Assembly: GCF_035594765.1 (NCBI RefSeq)
Contig: NC_085842.1
Location: 148,007,036 to 148,071,035 of the forward strand
Reading direction: 5' to 3'
DNA length: 64,000 nucleotides
Source of the DNA: Anolis carolinensis
Lineage: Eukaryota
Shown here in pieces: positions 59,081 through 64,000 of the stretch. Below the pieces are notes generated by a model. That model had not been told where the DNA came from and ran no database searches. It saw only the letters and a list, made by a program, of their open reading frames with translations. How positions within the stretch are numbered: position 1 is the stretch's first letter; the number at the start of each line of letters is the position of its first letter. The translations under genes were made by a program, and so were the position numbers.

Positions 59081-59333
59081 GTGCTGAAGGATAAGCTAAA
59101 GCACAGATTTAGAGCCAATTGTCCCTTGCGTATTGCACTGCAATTAGGAATGGGGACTGCTGGAATCTAACATCATTTAAGAGTACTGCTGTTTTAGCAT
59201 CTAATAACAGACATAGTTGTTAAGACTTTGCAAACACACACACACACACACACACATCCTTTACCAACTACTGATCAGAATTTAAATTTGATCTGCCTGG
59301 CTTTAAGAATATACGAATACAGTATTAGTATTA

Positions 59334-59415
59334 GAGAATCATAGAGTTGGAAAAAGCCACAGGGCCATCCAGGCCAACTCCATTCTGCCATACTGGAATA
59401 CATAACTAAAGCATT
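59334..59415 (-). mobile_element. CR1 3' end
   Basis: AGAATCATAGAGTTGGAA..G.CCACAGGGCCATCCAG.CCAAC.CC. Confidence 0.75.
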
Positions 59416-59775
59416 GTGTGCCATTTGATGATTCTCTGGCCATCTTATTTATGCTTCCTCTCCTTCCTGTTTAAGCAATTGGTGAAATTTAATGGAACCA
59501 AGTTAGTAAGGAACAGTGTCATTGTTACATACAGAAAATGACTGTTGTCTGGCTGGACAAATGTTCTAGTAATAGGTAAGACAAGAAAAGTAGAAGCTCA
59601 ATGACCATCCTATAAGGTGGATGTATTAACATTTCAAATAAAAGCCCTGTTAAAAGACAGATCTGTATATGGCAGTGGGACTGAGGAGCACACAGACTTC
59701 CAGACAGTATTGGCCTGCAACTCCCATCAGAGAGCATAACTCACAGAGAGGGATGGTGCAATTTCCAGCATCTGG

Positions 59776-60880
59776 AGTAAGTAAGTAAGTAAAACTTTAT
59801 TTATATACCGTCCTCTCTCCCTGAAGGGACTCAGGGCGGTTTACAAGCATAAAAACAGCAACATACATTACATAAGCAGCACAATACACACATTATTAAA
59901 ACAAAATTAAAACCTATACAACTTGTAAAACAGTGAAAACCATAAAAAACAATCACAACAACCAGAAGAACAAGAATAAATAATCAGATGGGTTGACATG
60001 GTCCGTTATTAGGGGATCCTTGTACAGCATGTTTCAGGACCAAGGGTCAGCGGTATACCAGAGAAAATTATTCAAAATCCTGCCGAAACCACCAGGTTTT
60101 CAACTCTTTGCGAAAGAAAGACAGAGTAGGGGCTTGCCTAATCTCCTTCGGCAGGATATTCCAGAGCCGGGGGGCCACTACCGAGAAGGTCCACTCCCTC
60201 GTCCCCACCAGTCACGCTTGGGACGAAGGTGGGAGTGAGAAGAGGGCCTCCTCGGATGATCTCAGGGGCCGCACCAATTCATAGGGGGAGATGCAATCAC
60301 GGAGATAGGCAAGGCCCAAGCCATATAGGGCTTTATAGGTCAAAACCTGAACCTTGAACTGGGCCCGGCAGTTTATCGGCAGCCAGTGGAGCTGCTTTAA
60401 TAGGGGCGTTGTATTCTCCCTATAACCAGCTCCAGTTAGGAACCTGGCTGCTGACCTTTGACCAAGTTGGAGTTTCTGGACCATCTTCAAGGGCAGGCCC
60501 ATGTAGAGGGCAGGCCCATTGCAGTAATCCAATCTGGATGTAACCAAGGCGTGGACCACCGTGGCCAAGTCAGACTTCTCGAGGTATGGTCGCAGCTGGT
60601 GCACAAGTTTCAATTGTGCAAAGGCCCTCCCGGCCACTGCCAACACCTGAGCCTCAAGCATCAGCGATGAGTCCAGGAGGACCCCCAGACTGCGGACCTG
60701 CATTCTCAAGGGGAGTACAACCCCATCGAGCACAGGTTGCCACTCAATACCCTGACTGGTCCCACGACTGACCAGGAGGGCCTCTGTCTTGTCTGGATTA
60801 AGCTTCAACTTGTTAGCCCTCATCCAGTTCATCACAGCTGTCAGGCACTGGTTTAGGGTCTGGGCAGCTTCCTCGGAGAG
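59776..60880 (-). mobile_element. L2 LINE, 5'-truncated (RT C-terminal region and 3'UTR)
   Basis: ORF 60212-60886: WMRANKLKLNPDKTE...SLGVLLDSSL...VHALVTSRLDYCN...LHWLP; (AGTA)n tail. Confidence 0.95.
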
Positions 60881-62836
60881 CCACACTTTGACACTTTCAT
60901 TTAAATAATTCTGATGTGATGTTGTTTTTCAGGTGCAATGGCACTAGGGCAGATCATGATATTTGTTGACTGTCAATATACCATAGTCTTCTTCGTGGAA
61001 TCAGGTATGTGGTGGGTGGAATCAGTGAAAGTCATCTTGATGAGAACAGATATCCCAGGAGACAGGAAATGAGACAGAAGGAAAGGCACAAAGGGGAGTT
61101 TGAAACCTGATTATCTGGGGTACAGAAGAAAGTTCTAGACCTCATCCTTCTTTCACTACCAGAGGAAATGTACATAAAATCCTGTAAAGCTGATACCACT
61201 CATTTTCCTTCCCACAACCGGAAAGATCAGCAAAGCAGACAAGAAACCGAGCAGCTAAAGAAGGAACTCAAAACCCACCGAGCAAGCAAAGAGGGACACA
61301 AGGAAAAGCACCAAGGTCGATCGCATGGAGCCTCTGGGGAGCCACATGACATAATTCCCTTAAAATATTAATCCCCATTTTCACTGCGAGGTGAGTCAGC
61401 AGCAGTGATAAAACCCCAGAGAAGTCGTAAAAAGCAGGAGCAATTGATAAAGCGGAGAGTCAACATAATAAAACTCTGCCACGCTGAAGGTCAGGTCGCA
61501 CCTGTCTCAGTCAGGGCTATGAGCTCGCAGATGGATGGCTTGCCTGCTCCATGGCCCTCAGGGCCACTGAACAGATGTATCTGGGAAGGAGGTGTCACTC
61601 AACAAAACTTCAGTTGAGGGGAATTCAGAACCTGAAAGGTGCCACAGGGACACCCCAGTAAAACCTCTGCACCCCAAAGTTTCTTAAGGGTGACAGAACC
61701 TTTGTGCTGTATGCCTTGATGCAGGTAGAAAGGAACTTATCTCCCATAATAGTCATGCACCTCTTATGTAGGCTGAAAACTGAGTATGAATGATGATACT
61801 CGGAGGATGGGGAAAGGTACACACACCAATAATCAATTATTTGATCCATCCTTGCCAGACGTGTAAACTGACCCTACTGAAAAGCATTGCCTCTCATCAT
61901 GTTGTGGTATTCTACACAACAAAAATCTAGACATTTGAGGTCATCTGCAAGGATATAGATATTCCATCATCAGACTGAGCCATTCTCACATGTATAATTC
62001 AGCACTGGATACTACACACAAGCAGCACATATTCCTAGTACTGCTATCTTCATGATCAGCCAGATTAAAACTTCACAACCAGTAAATGCAACAGCATTGC
62101 TGTGGAGTAAAGGTTTCCAGTAGTTTCAAGTGCATGGGTATGCTCATACCAGCAAATGCATTGGTAGCTGAAGGAGACTCATCTTAAAGGATTCTGGAAA
62201 TACAGTTCAGTAGGCTGCCAGAAACAGCCATACAGTAATGCATTGCCTTGGTTTTTGTAAATAGAAAAACCATTGCAAAGGGTATTTACATGTACTGAGC
62301 TAAAAGATAGTTAATAGCTATCTTTATGGAGGGTGCAGGAGAGGTTGGCATAGCAGGCATGGCAGCCCTTTAATATGAAATGTTAGGGCCAACTTGAGAT
62401 GGAGACACAAGTGGTACCTATATCTGCCAAGTCAAGTTGTATATTATTGTATATTTGCAACATCAAATTAAAAATCCTAAAGTGCTTCTCCCTCTCCCTG
62501 GGAGGAAAGAAACAACAATAACAAACTGAACAACTAGCAATATCCTGCCCTTCCTGACCTCAAATATACTGTCTATGCTTGACACCTCACTTTAATGGTA
62601 GGGTTGTCCCTGGAAGGACATGCTCCTTAACCCTTCTCTGGCTCAGCCCTCCCAGGGACTCCGGTACTCTCTTAAGAAGTATGGGTGGATATTCCTACAG
62701 CTATAAAGGTGGTTTAGAAAGGATTATGCCAGCGGGCTTTTATCCTAAGAATTTCAGAAACTATCTGATGTACTGACCCATACTAAAAAATAGGGTCTCA
62801 GAGGGAATTTGGAAGTTAGTGTTCAAAGGGAGGAGG

Positions 62837-63330
62837 TGTTGTAGCTCAGCAGCAGTCACAGCAGCCAGGGGCTGATGGGTTCACTGATCACTTAGAGTCA
62901 GACAGGATTGTGGTCTTTCCTTGGATTTATTCTGATGCAGGCCCTGGGATTCATTCTCATGCAGGCCAAGAAAGTGAAATTGTTTTAGATAGAGATGCCG
63001 GCAATGGTGCAGGGTCTGAGAATGTAATTACCTTTGACCCTCAAGGCCAAACATAGGAGTTGGAACCATCCTCTCCAGATATAGAGTCTAGCGAAGATGA
63101 ATTGATGAGAAACTCTCATGGAAACACACCTGGTGATACTGACCTAAGCAAGAAGGCACACTTGCAGGTTCGAGCAGATAGCCAACTTAATAGATCAACA
63201 CAGCTTCATGGGAAGCAGAAAATCCAGGGTAGACGTAACAGGGGGCTTCTCATCTACAACACTCATGGGAGAAGCTCTAGGGTTGTGTTTAAACACAGAT
63301 TGAGTGTGGTGCAGTTATGGACATTAGTTT
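62837..63330 (+). mobile_element. Gypsy-type LTR, 3'-truncated
   Basis: Starts TGTTGTAGCTCAGC like the LTR at 34572; long coding-like U3; right end and TSD not found. Confidence 0.6.
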
Positions 63331-64000
63331 TTAAAAGGCTCTTTATACGAGGAACTAATCTACACTGAGCAGTTTAACCTTGTGCAAAATGCTCTGGAAT
63401 AATCTCAGATTTTTCACATTTATATCAAATCTGGAGTCATTATTCAGAAGGCCTAGGGGCACATTCACTCCATTAGTGTGGTACACATCTCACCTCTGTG
63501 ATGCTGTTGGTGCCTCTCCTAAGTGGCCATGGAGTTGCACTCGAGCTCTTGGTCATATGAGCACTTCTGCCAGTATCGAAACAGGCCACCTACACAACCA
63601 GCAAGAAGAAAGGGAGATTGTTTCCCTCCTTGCTGATTGTACAGACAACCCACTCTGGCACTGGCAATGCAATCTTCAATAGCTAGGAGCTCAGACAAAG
63701 CTTAGACATGGGACAGTGCAACATGGGCACAATCCATCCGCTTTCCCTGTGCTGATGAACTCAGGAAAAGAGTGATGATGCTGTGTTCAATCTGAGCAGC
63801 AGATCAGTCTGAAGCGGGCAGTCTCACTATCCAAATAGCTTTGAAGCTATGACATACTCCAGAGTTTCCAGCAAACTCCAAAGTACTTTAAAGTACGTCC
63901 ATTAAAGTATTGTTAGATTTCCAAGCAATGGCTGGGATGGGCAATGGCTGGGGTGATGGATTAAGGCACATGCCTATCCCATGGCTTCTTTTTCTTGATT

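Noticed and set aside
1-64000. CRISPR arrays, operons or prokaryotic defence systems
   Set aside because: No repeat-spacer arrays and very low coding density; content is vertebrate TEs and microsatellites

Overview
Eukaryotic, vertebrate DNA with no prokaryotic features. The repeat content points to a squamate reptile, most likely an Anolis lizard: Sauria SINE, Anolis SINE2-type element, CR1, L2, RTE/BovB-like, L1, Penelope, Gypsy-type solo LTRs, and hAT, Harbinger and Tigger MITEs. It reads as a large intron or gene desert. No intact host protein-coding gene can be supported. ORFs with recognisable similarity are TE remnants (L2 RT, CR1 RT, L1 ORF2 C-terminus, Penelope GIY-YIG). TE-free islands that keep CpGs look like enhancers, and there is one plausible minus-strand first/alternative exon (about 28873-29600). 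Main observations: (1) five diverged solo LTRs carry, in the same phase from LTR base 2, an acidic peptide followed by an RRSxRL/I-x-x-K-like motif resembling the HMGN nucleosome anchor; (2) a 2.3-kb ERV-like insert splits an RTE element, with no clean TSD and a 22-bp snap-back hairpin at one junction; (3) Penelope-borne hammerhead ribozyme cores; (4) a head-to-head pair of solo LTRs; (5) several DNA transposons resembling mammalian horizontally transferred families, one with CTCF motifs. Family names come from recognising termini by eye, not from a database search.
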